This document shows, piece after piece, positions 11,623 through 24,918 of a stretch of 64,000 bases of DNA. How positions within the stretch are numbered: the stretch's first letter is position 1; each line of letters begins with the position of its first letter. Both the position numbers and the translations under genes were made by a program. Under the pieces are notes generated by a model that was given only the letters and a program-made list of their open reading frames with translations, was not told the DNA's origin and did no database searches. The stretch spans positions 12,650,001-12,714,000 of the forward strand of contig CM052816.1 of NCBI GenBank assembly GCA_028534125.1. The letters run 5' to 3'. Source of the DNA: Lama glama. Its lineage: Eukaryota.

Positions 11623-12467
11623 ACATGATTGAATTTGTCAGTGAACTCATCTGAGCCTTTTTAAACTTCTACAGTTTCAATCAAGTGTTTGCAAATAAAT
11701 ACTGATTCTAACAAAAATCCCAAGGATTTTTCCATTTAACGTAATCATAGAGGCATTCTTGCAATTAACTTTTATATGTCAAACATCTGACAAACCAGGA
11801 ACTTTTTGTGGACTGATTTTAGTGCTAGTGTGACCCGAATGCAGCGTTTGTTCAGGTAGCTTGACTAAGAGTGTTGTAACTCCAATTGAGCTAACCTTGA
11901 CTGTCCGAAGACTGTTCAGTGATGTCTTTTACAGAAGCAGAACTTTTAAAGTTTTGTCTGTTTTGTTTTGTTTATTTTTCAAAGGGCTGTATAAATCAAC
12001 CAACAGTTTGGGAAAATAATGAAAGAAAAAAAAATCTTCCATTTATTCATCTCATGCCTAGTTGTTCATCACTTTTCTCCTTCCCTCCCCATAAGACCGT
12101 GGCTTCCTGCTTATCCTGCTTCCTTTCTCCTAACTCCTGTAACACCCATTTATAGTAAATGATGACATTATTTCTGCTGTTAGGAACATTATGGCCACAT
12201 CTGTCAATGAGAATAAATTGCTTTAGGGTGATTTGGTGGAGTTGGGTGCTTTCAAGTGATACTATTGTCCAGACATCTGAATGACTTTCCATCCTGTCTC
12301 TGTAGTTTATTTGCCTAAAATCAGCCTGATTTCTTTTTAGAAATCTGCTTTAGGTGATCGTACCATGATTTTATGTCATTATTTGTTGAGTTCTATGCCA
12401 ACCTCAGATGGTAACTAGAAAAGGAGAAACCAAGTATCTGTGTATTGATTGAGAGGTGGATCCTTTA

Positions 12468-12634
12468 TTTTTATTTTTTTAAATTAAATTAAATTTATTT
12501 TTTGGAGGAGATCATTAGGTTTGTTTGTTTGTTTTGTTTGTTTATTTATTTATTTAATGGCAGTGCTGGAGGTTGAACCCAGGACGCAGTGCATGCTAAG
12601 CATGTGCTCTGCCACTTGGGCTGTACCCTTCCCC
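12468..12634 (-). mobile_element. tRNA-Ala-derived camelid-type SINE (Vic-1-like) in YIPF5 intron 4
   Basis: Reverse complement gives a GGGGAAGGGTACAGCCCAAGTGGCAGAGCACATGCTTAGCATGCAC...GGTTCAACCTCCAG head plus an A-rich tail. 18-bp TSD TGAGAGGTGGATYCTTTA at 12450-12467 and 12635-12652. Confidence 0.9.
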
Positions 12635-12833
12635 TGAGAGGTGGATTCTTTACATCTCTTAAGAAAGATGTAAAACTCAGTTTGCTCACTGTTTTACTTC
12701 TCTGCGTAAGAAGTAGACACCTCTGTGGATTTTGTTGCTCACAGACTGAATATCTTCTACATGTATCATTTTAGGTGAAAGAGGCCAAAAATGACTTTTG
12801 CTCTTTAACCTGTAATCTTTCCTTTCCCTGTAG

Positions 12834-13016
<183 letters not shown>

Positions 13017-13887
13017 TAAGTACTGGTCTTTATTTTGGGGGTTGATTGACGAATTCTGTGTAACAAGATTTACCTCACATCAGTTTGAGATGTATCACTG
13101 ATTCAGCAAACATACTAGATAGTGCTTCTTGTAAGTGAAGTCTGGGCTACATACTTTTCAGTAATGAATAATGGAAATGAGAGTAAATTAAAAAATCTTT
13201 TATACCATTTCTGCTTTTACCTATGAGAAAGAATTTCACTAGTTTTGTGTGTACTTACCAGTGTCTGTAACCGGATTGGACCAGTGGAGATTGTTAACTT
13301 AAATATTGCATGGAAAAGGTCAAGTTGTTGAAATGATAATTAACTTCTCTCTGATATTTTTAAGGCTATATCTGATTTCTTAAAGATGTCAGGCATATGC
13401 TAAGTCAGCGAGTAATAAACACAGACTCTCTATTTGGCAGCCTTTTAACTGAAAGCAGAACACCTTTTTATGGCAAGAGACTGTTACTAGCCTACTAGTA
13501 GTTTTCACTTGTACTTTTAAACAGCCCTAAATGTGTAATTTTTAAATAATATTTGATGGGAGGTTAAAAAAGAAGGGTGTAAGTTACTGCTAATAAAGTT
13601 GCTCCTGCTGGCCAGTAGACAGAAGCTGTCTCAACAGTTCAGGGTCCTCCCTGTGGCTGGTGCTGGACACGACCAATGATTGAGCTTTGTTGCACTTAAA
13701 GAGTGAAAACAGAGGTTTCAGAAGAGCATTTATCAACTCTTTCATGCTGGAGATTTTTCAAGATGATGGCTTCACAGTGTTCCTGCTTTGGATAAAAATG
13801 CTCCAGATTTTCAGTGTGGAAACTGCTTCATCTTCTCATTTGTTAAGACTGATATATTTGAATTTTATAGACTATTTTCTACTAAGG

Positions 13888-14062
13888 CAGTGTTTTCCAA
13901 CCAGGCACAGTTTTGCTCCCAGGAGACATTTGTCAATGTCTGGAGACAATTTTGATTGTCAAAAGTGAGGAAGGCAAGGATGCTACTGATATCTTATGAC
14001 TTAACAATGGACAGAACAGCCCATCCAGCCCAAGTATCAGTACTGCCAAGTTGAGAAATTAT
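13888..14062 (+). mobile_element. MER20 (internally deleted)
   Basis: CAGTGTTTTCCAACC...CCCAGGAGACATTTGTCAATGTCTGGAGACAATTTTGATTGTCA...GCCAAGTTGAGAAA. Confidence 0.8.
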
Positions 14063-14262
14063 GTGCTAAAAGGAGCAAAATTGTTACAAATGAGCTTTTT
14101 ATCACATGAAATAATTCAGCATCGTTGAATTCACTGTGAGGTACATTTCAGCATTTGAAAAAAAAATTGATTATTTCTGCAGATGTCTCCATGTGGGTTT
14201 TTAAATGCTTTTTGTAGAATTGATTATGGTAGCATTCTTACATAACTAATCTCATCTACTGA

Positions 14263-14460
<198 letters not shown>

Positions 14461-16360
14461 ACTGAATTTATCTGGGATGTGGACATCATTGGGCCAAATA
14501 ACAAAAAAGGACTGAACTCTTAAATTGGACCAGCAAACTGCTACAGTGCAACTCTCATGCAGATCTAACGTTTGCCTATTGGAGCAGTGGAAGTAAACGT
14601 GCATCTTTTGTTCATTTTTATAGAACTTTTGAATACTGTATTGGATTTACCTGCAGTATGACTAAGTTTAAGTGTTTGTGCTTATACAAATAAGATATAC
14701 AAAAAATCCTGTTCCTGCAGCCTTAGAAAAACAACTTTTTTCCTTTCTAATTATATATTATAATGTTTTTGATAGATTTTTATCAACTGTGGGAAACTAA
14801 CCACAGAGTTGATAGTCTTTCTTAAAAACAGCCCATAGTACATGAAGATACAAGACTTACTGGAAAAATATTTTTCCAAGAAATTAGGAAAGAAAAACTG
14901 TATTCTCAAGCCAGATGCAATTGAAGCAAAAAAGTGATCCCAGTGTAGAGTTTCATGAGTTTGCACTTCGAAAATTTGACATTTCTTTGAATTATCTCAT
15001 GGAATTTTGGCTAAAATTCAGCAGTACAAGTGGTTCACAGTCTACCTGATTGTAGACATGAAATGTGAACACCTGTTTAGGTCTCAGCATTAACTACACT
15101 GTAGTGACCATGACTGGCCACATTAATGCTCAGAGTTGGATCTCCACGTTTCCCGAGAAAAATATTTAAACTGTCACAGTTTCAGTATTGCAGTTATCCA
15201 TGTAAAGTGCATTTGATGCTTACTAATTAAAAATTTCCCAGTTAATTTAAACTGTGTTGTTGAGTTTGCTTTTGTTAAACCACTGTTCTCGGCGTCCCAT
15301 TTTCTTTAACTAGGGTCTGGTTTTGACTTGTATTCCCAATCTGTTCTGAGCTTTAAGAATAGAGTTTGTCTGATACAGAATAAGAAAAAATGAGATTAAA
15401 CAAGAAGCAATTTGCTTTGAGTTAGAATATTATTTCCTTGCATTAAGTTTATTTGGTTAATATTGTCATGTTCTCATGTCAGAGGATCTGTAAGAAAATA
15501 CTGTATCTTGTATACTGATGATCAGCTTTTTCTGGAGAAACTGCCTCTCTCTTTGGACTAAGCGCACTTATAATTATGAGAAAGGTGCCTTGATAGGAGG
15601 AAGAATGTTGCCTTTCTTAAAGGGGAGACTTTCAGACTAAATAAAAAGAAATGCCAAACTGACATACTAATGGTTCTTTTTTAGAGCTAGTTTTCAATTG
15701 TAAAAGGTTAAGATAATAAAACATACTTCTAAAAGAAGATCATGATGATTTCTAATCTCTGGGATCACACAAATACATTTTTCTTCACTAAATTAATGTT
15801 CTGGACAAATGCATTTACTACTAATTAGTTTTTGGCTGAGCTTTTAAACTTACCAAACTCTTCTAGAATAATATTTTTGTTATAATTCTTGGATAGTATC
15901 CTTTTTGCTGTTTTCAAGTCTCTTTATAAATGTGCACCATTCTTGTTAAGGCAAATGTAATGGATGCCTTCTGTTAATATCTGATTATTCCTAATGAGCA
16001 GAGTAGATGAAGCTTTGGGAATTAAATTTCTCCCACTGTTGGTTAGGCTTAAGACCATTAATCTTCAGGCAATTTCCCAATGGGTAAAACTGTTTTCTTG
16101 CTTTTTGCCTCCACCCTCAACAAATTAAATCAATGTTGTAGTGGTTTTTGCTGTTAGTTGTGTTTTATTTAAGTCCAAAATGATTAGGTGAAAAACGATT
16201 TTATATTTAACTGTTATTCTGTCAAAACAGCTAAGCAGTTGTGTTGCCTTTGATGCAAGAGTTGAATTCTGGAGTTTGCCTGGTTACATGAAGAGTCACG
16301 TGTAGCCAAAATGTCCCTTATAAAATTCTCTTAAATAAAAAATACAGTATATATAGCCAA
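14461..16360 (+). terminator. YIPF5: YIPF5 3'UTR with several candidate polyadenylation signals
   Basis: AT-rich stretch with no recognisable repeats after the stop. ATTAAA 15226-15231 and AATAAA at 15640-15645, 15715-15720 and 16334-16339. The 3' end is inferred. Confidence 0.6.
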
Positions 16361-17162
16361 ATTTATGCATACTTTAAAAACTGATGTAGTATGTCTCAAA
16401 AATACCGTGTGGCAGCTTTTACCTCTGGCACTGGAATAGTTTTTTGCTTCTTAAGTATCAAGTAGAGCAACTGGCTTGCTTTAGGGCCCATTTTATACTA
16501 AAAACATACATATACCTTGAAGTACTGGAGACACTCTCAGCATAAGTAAAAGCTTATCCAGTGACGGTCACTGAGGAACTGAAACTCACTGTGAGTGGAG
16601 GGTGCAGGTCCACTCACTCAGGCCAGGGTGTTACTTGTTTATGCAAGCATGTGTGCCAAGGACCGCTAGTTGATTTTACATACACTGTAAATGTGTGTTT
16701 TATGACTTTGCTATAATACCATACCATGTTTACCAGTGGGTGTTTTCAAGAGCTATATAACAAGGCTTGTAGGATTAGGCAAACTTTCTCCAGATATAGC
16801 TAGGCAGATAATGAAAAATTCTGTGCATCTTTAAATACTAACTGTCCTTAGTTACTGGCCATCCAATGAAAGAGAATTTTATTAAAATGTCTCCAATGAC
16901 ATGATTTGGGGTAGGATCTAAGTACTGTACATATGACATTTTGCAAGTATGTGTATTTAACTTTGATAGGCATTGCTCAACTCAGATATACTCCCAAACT
17001 AAGGATAATTATCTCTATAATCTCATAGGTCTCTGATGCAATCATTAAGAATCATGAAAAATCAAGGCTGCATTTTGAGATCTGCCTATTGTCATTTAGA
17101 GCATATTTAATGTAATAACTCCTACAATTTGTTTAACTTGCCCTGTAGGAGGAAAAAAATAT

Positions 17163-17192
17163 TTTATATATATTTATATATATATAAAAATA

Positions 17193-17229
<37 letters not shown>
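17163..17229. repeat. Compound (TA)n/(TG)n/(TA)n microsatellite
   Basis: Direct reading. Confidence 0.9.
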
Positions 17230-18869
17230 AACACCGTGTTTAGCCTTTCATAAAGTAGTGCCAGTTTTCCAACAAACACAGCATGGTACAGATCATAGCA
17301 TGAGGAATACTTACCAAAGAATAGCAGTGGGCCTTCCTTAAATGATAGCTCAGGCGAGCTTCCTACCCATATAGTGGCCCCAAGTGAAATCTGTCCTCAC
17401 AAAGTATCCACTGATTCATTTTGTAGTGTTATGTCGCATTCCAACTACTGATTACCAAGTAATCTCAATTTTTACAAATTCCAATTTATTGGGAAGTGAA
17501 AGGTTATTTCTCAAGAAATTTGCATTAGTAATATGCTTGTTTCAAAACAACTTGAATCAAATTTAGTATCAGGCGAAAACATAAGTACCTTTTCAAAGAG
17601 AGTTGTAGCTAATGAGTTTCTCTTTTCTTTTTAGGATGTATTTAGGATTTGGGGGAAGGAGTGGCAATAACAAGATATCAAAGTTTATGAGAAATGCCTT
17701 AAGAAAAAATTGCTTCAGGTGCTTTAATGAATAGATAAATATGATCTGTCGTTAGCTTGTCAAGCATATAGTGTTTAGTTTCAAACATCTTAAATAAAGC
17801 GTATCCTTATGACTTTCTCCACAATCTATGCTGATACTACTTTACACCACCAATGAAGAAATGATTGTTTTTTAATTAACTATACTTCTGCCACCATCCA
17901 AATGATTGAAGTTTGAATTTTAGTACATTACTATTACTTACATTTCAGTAAGTTGCTTTCTTTATGAATATATATCCGTTTTGTAACTGGGCCATAGGAA
18001 AAATGAAACATACTAAATTGTTGATTTCTGGAGATTGGCAGATTACTTAGTCAAAAGTGTTTTATATTATTATTAATGAATGTGTATCTCAGAATGGTGG
18101 CCATAAAACCTGAAGAATAAAATCAGTGTGTAGTTCTGATTTTTGCATCACAGATAGCAGTATTTCTTCTGCCCTTGTACACGAAGTTCCTAGTCTAATG
18201 AAGAACATTACCTGCTGATGGAACACAATGTCCTCTGTTGTGCAAATCAAATGATTACATACTCAAATGAGGACTAATTAAGTGCAGAGCTGTTCTCCTA
18301 ATTTAAAAGCTCAAATGCTTTCTTGAGCACATTGGGTTCTAAAAATTGGATATTACATTTTTTTGTGAGCTTAACTAATTAGGCTTACCTTGCATATATA
18401 ATTTTTTTTTTTCCTGAAACTGTCTCTAAATCTGTTGATAGCTTGCTTGTAGGGTGATTACTTAGGCATTACGGTATTTTAAATAACTTTTCAACACTTG
18501 CAGCACAAAAGGAATTTCAAAAATGAGAAAACAAAGAAGTACTCAGTAGAAACATTTAAGATGCTTGTAAATTTATACCTACTTGGCCTAATCTGGGTTC
18601 TTGTAAAAATAGAGAAAGCAATATGGATATTTGATTTTTTCCCCCAGGTGAATATAGTTCAAACCAATGTCTGTAAAATTTAATGACGCATTTGCTTACA
18701 GTTTGCAGTTTTGTGATCTTTGATAATATTGTAGGACTTGGTAAAGTCTTTTTATTAGGCAATCGATGATCCTAAAAGCCCTATTATTTTATTTGTTGTA
18801 ATCTTCAAGATGGGAATGTCTAATTCCTTTTCTGATTGCACATCATCATTATAATAAAAAATAAGACCT

Positions 18870-19190
18870 CTATACAGCAATGAATAGGAATGGATTATTG
18901 ATAAGATGTTTCAACATGGATGACTCTTGAAAATATGCTAAGTTAAAAAAAAATCAAATGTGAAAGGCCACATACTGTATGATTCAACTTTTATGAATTT
19001 CTCGGAAAGACAAATCTCTAGAGGTAAATCAGTAGTTGCCTGGAGGTGGAAGTGGGGACTGACTGCAGTTGAACAGGATGTAACTTTTTGAGTGATAATG
19101 GTTATGCAACTGTATATTTACTAAAATCATTAAAGTGTATGCTTAAAGTGAGTAGATTCTATGATATATAAATTCTGTGTCAAATTATTT
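18870..19190 (+). mobile_element. Old L1 (L1ME/L1MB-like) 3' end
   Basis: CAACATGGATGACTCTTGAAAATATGCTAAGT...GGCCACATACTGTATGATTC...ATCAGTAGTTGCCTGGAG...ATATTTACTAAAATCATT. Confidence 0.7.
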
Positions 19191-19459
19191 TTTAAATCAT
19201 GAGAGGATGAGAGGTAGAGCAACCTGCCAGAACATCTGTATTTTTAGATCTCAAACAGAGGAAAAAACAATATAGTGCTTTTGCCCAGAGGAAAACAAAA
19301 TGAAGTGAAATTGCCCTCCCCCCAAATTTCACTCCCCACACAACTCACTCTTCATATACATTGGTGTGCATGTTAGCAGACCATACACACAGACACCCTC
19401 TTACCCTCCTTCTTTTCCTCCAGTGGCTTCTATACACAGGAATACACATGCAGGTGCCT

Positions 19460-19980
19460 TTTTTAAAAACTTAAATTCATGTAACAAAATTTAACAGTTT
19501 TTAAGTGTACAATTCAGTGGTTTTAGTATATTCACAATGTTATACAGCCATCATCACTATCTAATTTCAGAAAATTTCTATCACTCCTATACCTCTCAAT
19601 TCCCCACCTCCCATGCCCTGGCAACCGCTGTTTATTTTCTGTCTCTGGATTTGCTTATTCTGGACATTTTATATAAATAGAAGCATGAAATGTGGCCTTT
19701 TGCTTCTGGCATCTTTCACTTAGCATAGTGTTTTCAAAGCCATCTTTTTTTTTTTTTTAACTTAACAATCTGTTACGGGCATCATTATGTGTGTTGAACA
19801 TTGAAATTTACTTTACTCTTTAATAGCTGGATATCATTATATGAGCAGCTACATTTACTTCAGCAGTCCCCTACTGTTGAACAGTTGGGATCTTTGTACC
19901 TCCTTTTAAAAATTATAAATAGTGCTGCATTGGTATTGGCATCTTTTATTATTGGAGTGTCACATTTGCTTTTAATAGTG
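19460..19980 (-). mobile_element. Old L1 (L1MB-like) antisense fragments
   Basis: TTAAGTGTACAATTCAGTGGTTTTAGTATATTCACAATGTTATACAGCCATCATCACTATCTAATTTCAGAA...CTTATTCTGGACATTTTATATAAATAGAA. Confidence 0.75.
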
Positions 19981-22665
19981 CTAAGGTTGGCCATTATTTA
20001 AACCCAGTTTGAATTCTGAGAATGTCAATTTTATTCTCTAATAGCTTTATTTCCTGCGAGTATAGTTTTCTCTGGTTTGTTGAAACATACATGTCACATC
20101 CATATTAACAGAAGGCATTGCTCTTTGGTTCTCATTCCACTCTTACGCAGTGGACTGTGAATATTGCTTAAAGAATTATGTCACACCCACACTTCAAATT
20201 ATTCCTGCATTAGGATGGAGATTTCATTTAAAGTGAGCTGCCTTTTTTCTTTTCTTGACCATTTAGAAGAGTTATTCCAGCAGTGTCATTTTTAGGTCAC
20301 TGTTCTTATATAGCTTTAAAAAAAAAAAGTTCGAAATGTGCCCATTTAAAATTTCTCCTTGAGTGGGTCTGTATGCCCATAGAATTTAGAAACTTCAGGA
20401 CATCCTTGAGCATTTAACTCAGTTGTGTTTTAATTTTATCAATACTCATCCTTAGAGATAAGATCAAATGTATAAGATGGGCTGTTCAGATTAGGCCTTG
20501 CTACCCAATGTGTTTCTATTTAAATTTCCAAGAGTTAAGTTTTACCACAGTTACAGTTAAAAGGCCTAAAACAACATCTCCAAATCAGACATATGCAGAA
20601 ATCAGTTATATAAATTTTAATTGAACTTTGAGTTGAATTTCTTAATAAAATGATTTAGAATGGTTTCCTTCCTTTTCCCCCTTGGGATGGGGTTGCTTTG
20701 AGGGCATTTGTTTGCTTTGGCATTCTATTTTTAATGTCCTGTAATGTCCTATGGCCTGTAAGTAGGCTTGCTTTTTTAATGCACTTTCTTAAAAAACACT
20801 GTGCTGTTTAAATGTGGTACATTTTAATTACTACCTGAGCATTCATATTGACCAATATCTCCTAGCTTAAATGCCAGTTCAGATGCTCCTTGAATATCTA
20901 TGCCACAAGGTCATGCTTAAATAGGCTCAATTTTTACCATCTTTTCAGACCATATTCTGTTCTGACTTTGGTCTAGGTCACAATCTTCCTGGTGAGATAA
21001 CATGGTTTTGGCTTTTTCTATAAAAGATCCAGTCATTTCTATGGTAATAAAAGATTAAACTGCATCCCCAGTGATGTGAGTGGTATTTAAACATGGCTAC
21101 CTTTGATCATCTACTTTGAACCAAAGTTAGACTTTAATATTTGACATGAGTCACACTGATTTTCTGATTTTTACTTTATCATATCACAAAAATAAGAGAG
21201 AATCATTTATGAACAAACCATGGAAACTCTGTCTCAACCAGGACCCAGCTAGAAGCAGAGTGGAAGTTGAGAGTACGAAAGTCAAGGCTAATCTGGGGCC
21301 TTAAGAAAATCAGCAGGGGAAAGGTTGGAGAGATTGTACAAAGTTACGCTAAGGAATTTGCCTTAATATTTACACTATGTCATATAGACATTGATAGGAA
21401 ATTTTTACTGTATCAAAATAAAGCCTATTAATGCGACATAAAAAGCAGTTAAGTACAAAAAAAAGGTATGTTGATTCTTTAAATGAATTTTGTAATGAAA
21501 CTCAGTACTGCAGCAGTGTTTAAATTGCTTACACTGCAGGAGAGATTGGGTCTTTTTGTTCTCTCCTTATTGGAAATGGGGTCATGTCACCCTCCTCTAA
21601 GACTCGAGCAGGGGACTGTGTTTCTCTGGCCAAGGTCTGGAAGAGGGTATCCATTCACAACCACCCTAATGGGCTTCATTCCACCTGTCCCACAGACTGG
21701 GTGTGCTCTGGCTGCCAGTACTGCTCCAAAAATAACTTCTTCCACATTGGCAATTATAATATTCTGATCCAGAGCAGAACCTATGAATTGGAACAGTTAA
21801 AAAGCTTGAAAAATAAGTAGTTTATCACCATTTAAAAGACAAATGCCTAGGGTATGGCTTCTATACTTACCTCCTTGTTTCTGTCCTTTCAGTGTCTCAC
21901 CCTAGTGTTCTGTTTATGTCTGTTCAAACTGTAATTGACTCTGATACAGAAATGAAATGTATTTATAGTGTATATTTTGCATATCAAAGTTTTATGTTGC
22001 CTATTCTCAGTTCTTGAACAAGAAAGTAGGTGAACCAAATATTTCACCTCCTAGTGATGGAGAAAATGTATTGGATATATTTTTTCAAGGAATATGGGGA
22101 GCAATAGTCCCTTGAGGTTCCTGGACTCAGGAGCTGTTTCCCACCCTAGTTCAATGAGCTTTTCCCGTTGAATGCAGTTCCAAGCTATTAAGTGCCTACT
22201 GGGAGCAAAACCCTGCTTTTGGCTTCCTCCTTACAAGCTGAATACTCTGCATGAATGTTTTTCCTTACAACTGATATTTTGAGTGCCCTTGGACTCTTCT
22301 CTGTGAGTCTAAGAATGACACATTTTTTGCACAATTTTGAATTGAGAACTGAGAATGGAAAATACGTATCTGAGCTCTAGCCCTGCTAAGAAGTTGGAGA
22401 CCTTGATTAAGTCATTTTTGAGCTTTACTTTTCTCTCAAATGAAGTTGTCTTAGATTCCTTAATACATTCCAGTTCTGAAATACAAATTTAACATGCATG
22501 TAATATGTATTACTGTATATGTTGTATATAACATGTATGTAAATATAAAATATGTAAGTATGCATGTAACTTTTGAGGTGGTAATAAAATCTGTCATGTT
22601 TGAGAAGACTATACACTGTATATGAAAGTGTTGCATATCTACTAATTTTATCAGGCTACGTGAAA

Positions 22666-22696
<31 letters not shown>

Positions 22697-24639
22697 AAAT
22701 GATATTTTCTTTGTTTAAAAAAAAGCATACACACACACACATTTGTCACCTGGCACAAATACTTCATTAAGTGAGAGAATTAATGATTGGATGCTCTTTT
22801 CCAGACCTTTTGAATTGACTGGAAGAAGTTTTAACTATATCTTAGAAAGAAAGTGTGATTTCACCCCAGTAACTCCTAATGTAATTTTGGCTTTTAAGTT
22901 TTTGTCCTTCTAGTCTAATTGCATTGAAAAATATTATTAATCAGTCACATGGTCCATAGGCCAGAGTTAGATACTCTAACATTAGAGTTAAGTCCTTTTT
23001 TTTTTTTTGAAGTTCATCACTGTCCCTCTCAAGCTTATAAAAATAGGCTAATTCACTCCAATGTACCAGGGACTTTTATCTATATTAGCACAGGCCTCCT
23101 GGGGTATGACATGACTCCTCTGAAAAAATCCAGTAGCCATTTCCTTAGTTCAATAACTAGAATGTTTTGGACAAAATAAACGCTGTGCTACTCTTTAGGA
23201 AAGAAATTACGTCCATTTCAGCGACTTGGGACGTACAGGAAAAAACAGCCTGGCTCTCAAAAGGTAATGCTGCAAAGGGAAGGGAGTTTTGGGGTCTGTT
23301 TTCTTTAATAATTTGGTTTTTACACTTACCATAGGATATAATATATAATAATATTTTAAAGGTGTAATATAATAAATACCCATGTGCCCTGCCTCTAGGT
23401 TGAAAAGTAAAAACATTCTCAAGTGTAGTTGAAATACCCTTTGTATACTTTCGTTGCAGCCCATGTCTTCCCAGCAGAAGTTACTAATACTCTGAGGTTT
23501 GTCATTCTCAGCAAGAAGAAAACTTGAAAACGTGATGACTTCTGAAAGGATCCACTGCCTTATAGTTTATTTTCGATCCTAAGGGCAAACTAGAAAAAAT
23601 AAATCATACATACAGCATTGAGCTGATAATTGAATTAAAGTCTTGCAACCTTGCCTCTCTCAAAAGGCTTTTTCTTTTTTTTTTTTTGGCAACAAATCAG
23701 AAGCTGAGCTACCTCTTTGAGGTTTGGATTACTGACTTAGTGACTTCTGGCTTTGTTCTGACATGAGCTCCAGATGTCTGCCTCTACTTCTAAATTCTAG
23801 ATTACATCAGAACACGAAGCTCTGTTCCAACTAGGTGTTACTTTGTTTAGCAAGCTTCTGGAGAATTCCTGTGGGCAGGGCAGTTACATTTTGTATACAG
23901 TTGGGTATGCCTTCCCTCACAAGGAGGGCCAAGCAGAAGGGGAAAGCGCTTAGGGGAAGGGCTAGTAACCAGCTTTGCCCTCTGGTGCTGCCCCTCACCC
24001 AAGATAGGACTGGATAAAGTTAAGTTTTATACTGCCTGTAAAATGGCACTAAAAATGGTTTCTCCTCTCACTTCACTGGAGGATCAAAAGAGACCATCTA
24101 TGTGAAATGGCTTTACAGAGTTCAAAAGACTATGCGCAGGCAGGGTGCTATTTTTCAGAAAACAAACCTAACTGTGTGCTCTGGAGCTGGTTGCCCTGTG
24201 GGTGGGGGAAAACCAGAGCCTAAGTCAGATCTACCAAAGCTGTGATCTGGGCTCTCACCCCAAGACAGAGAGCAGGCTGCTTCAGCTGTATCCGAAAGTC
24301 CAGCTCAAACTCGCCACATTTGAAAACCTATTTGTCCCGAGAAAATGTATCAGTTAAGAGCTCAGGCTTTGCAATCTGACCAATTAGAGCTCAGAAGCCA
24401 GCTTCCCCACTAGAATCTTGTGGAAATGTCCTCTCTCAGCCTCGGTTGTCTTATCTGCCGGACAGGGTTAACTGCAGCGTCTGCTTATGAGGCTCTTTGG
24501 GTTTACTGAGCAAAAGAATGCTGAGGACTTGATCGCTGCCTTGTAAACGGCAAGCAGGCAGCAGGCAGCAGGGGGTAGGTAGTACATTTCACCGTGAGCA
24601 GTAGTAGCCTCAGCCACAGTTATGCAGGGGACTTGGACA

Positions 24640-24918
24640 TTTTTCTTTTCAGTTTTATTTTTTATTGAAGTTTAGTTGATTTACAATGTTAATTTCAGGT
24701 ATATAGCAAAGCGATTCACTTATACATATACATACATCATACATATTTTTTCAGATTCTTTTCCATTATAGCTTATTACAAGAAATTGAATGTAGTTCTC
24801 TGTGCTATACAGTAGGTCCTTGTTGTTAATCTATTTTATATATTATTGATGTGTATCTGTTAGTCCCAGACTCCTAATTTATCCCTCCCACTCCTTTCCC
24901 CTTTGGTAGCCATAGTTT
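24640..24918 (-). mobile_element. 5'-truncated cetartiodactyl-type L1 3' end
   Basis: T-rich tail followed by ATTGAAGTTTAGTTGATTTACAATG...TGTGCTATACAGTAGGTCCTTGTTG...TTCCCCTTTGGTAGCCATAG. Flanked by TTGGACA on both sides (TSD-like). Confidence 0.85.

Noticed and set aside
12760..12833. Cryptic acceptor TTTTAG at 12774 upstream of YIPF5 coding exon 4
   Set aside because: Its pyrimidine tract is weaker than the canonical site's and it would add 59 nt (a frameshift). Nothing else in the sequence supports its use.
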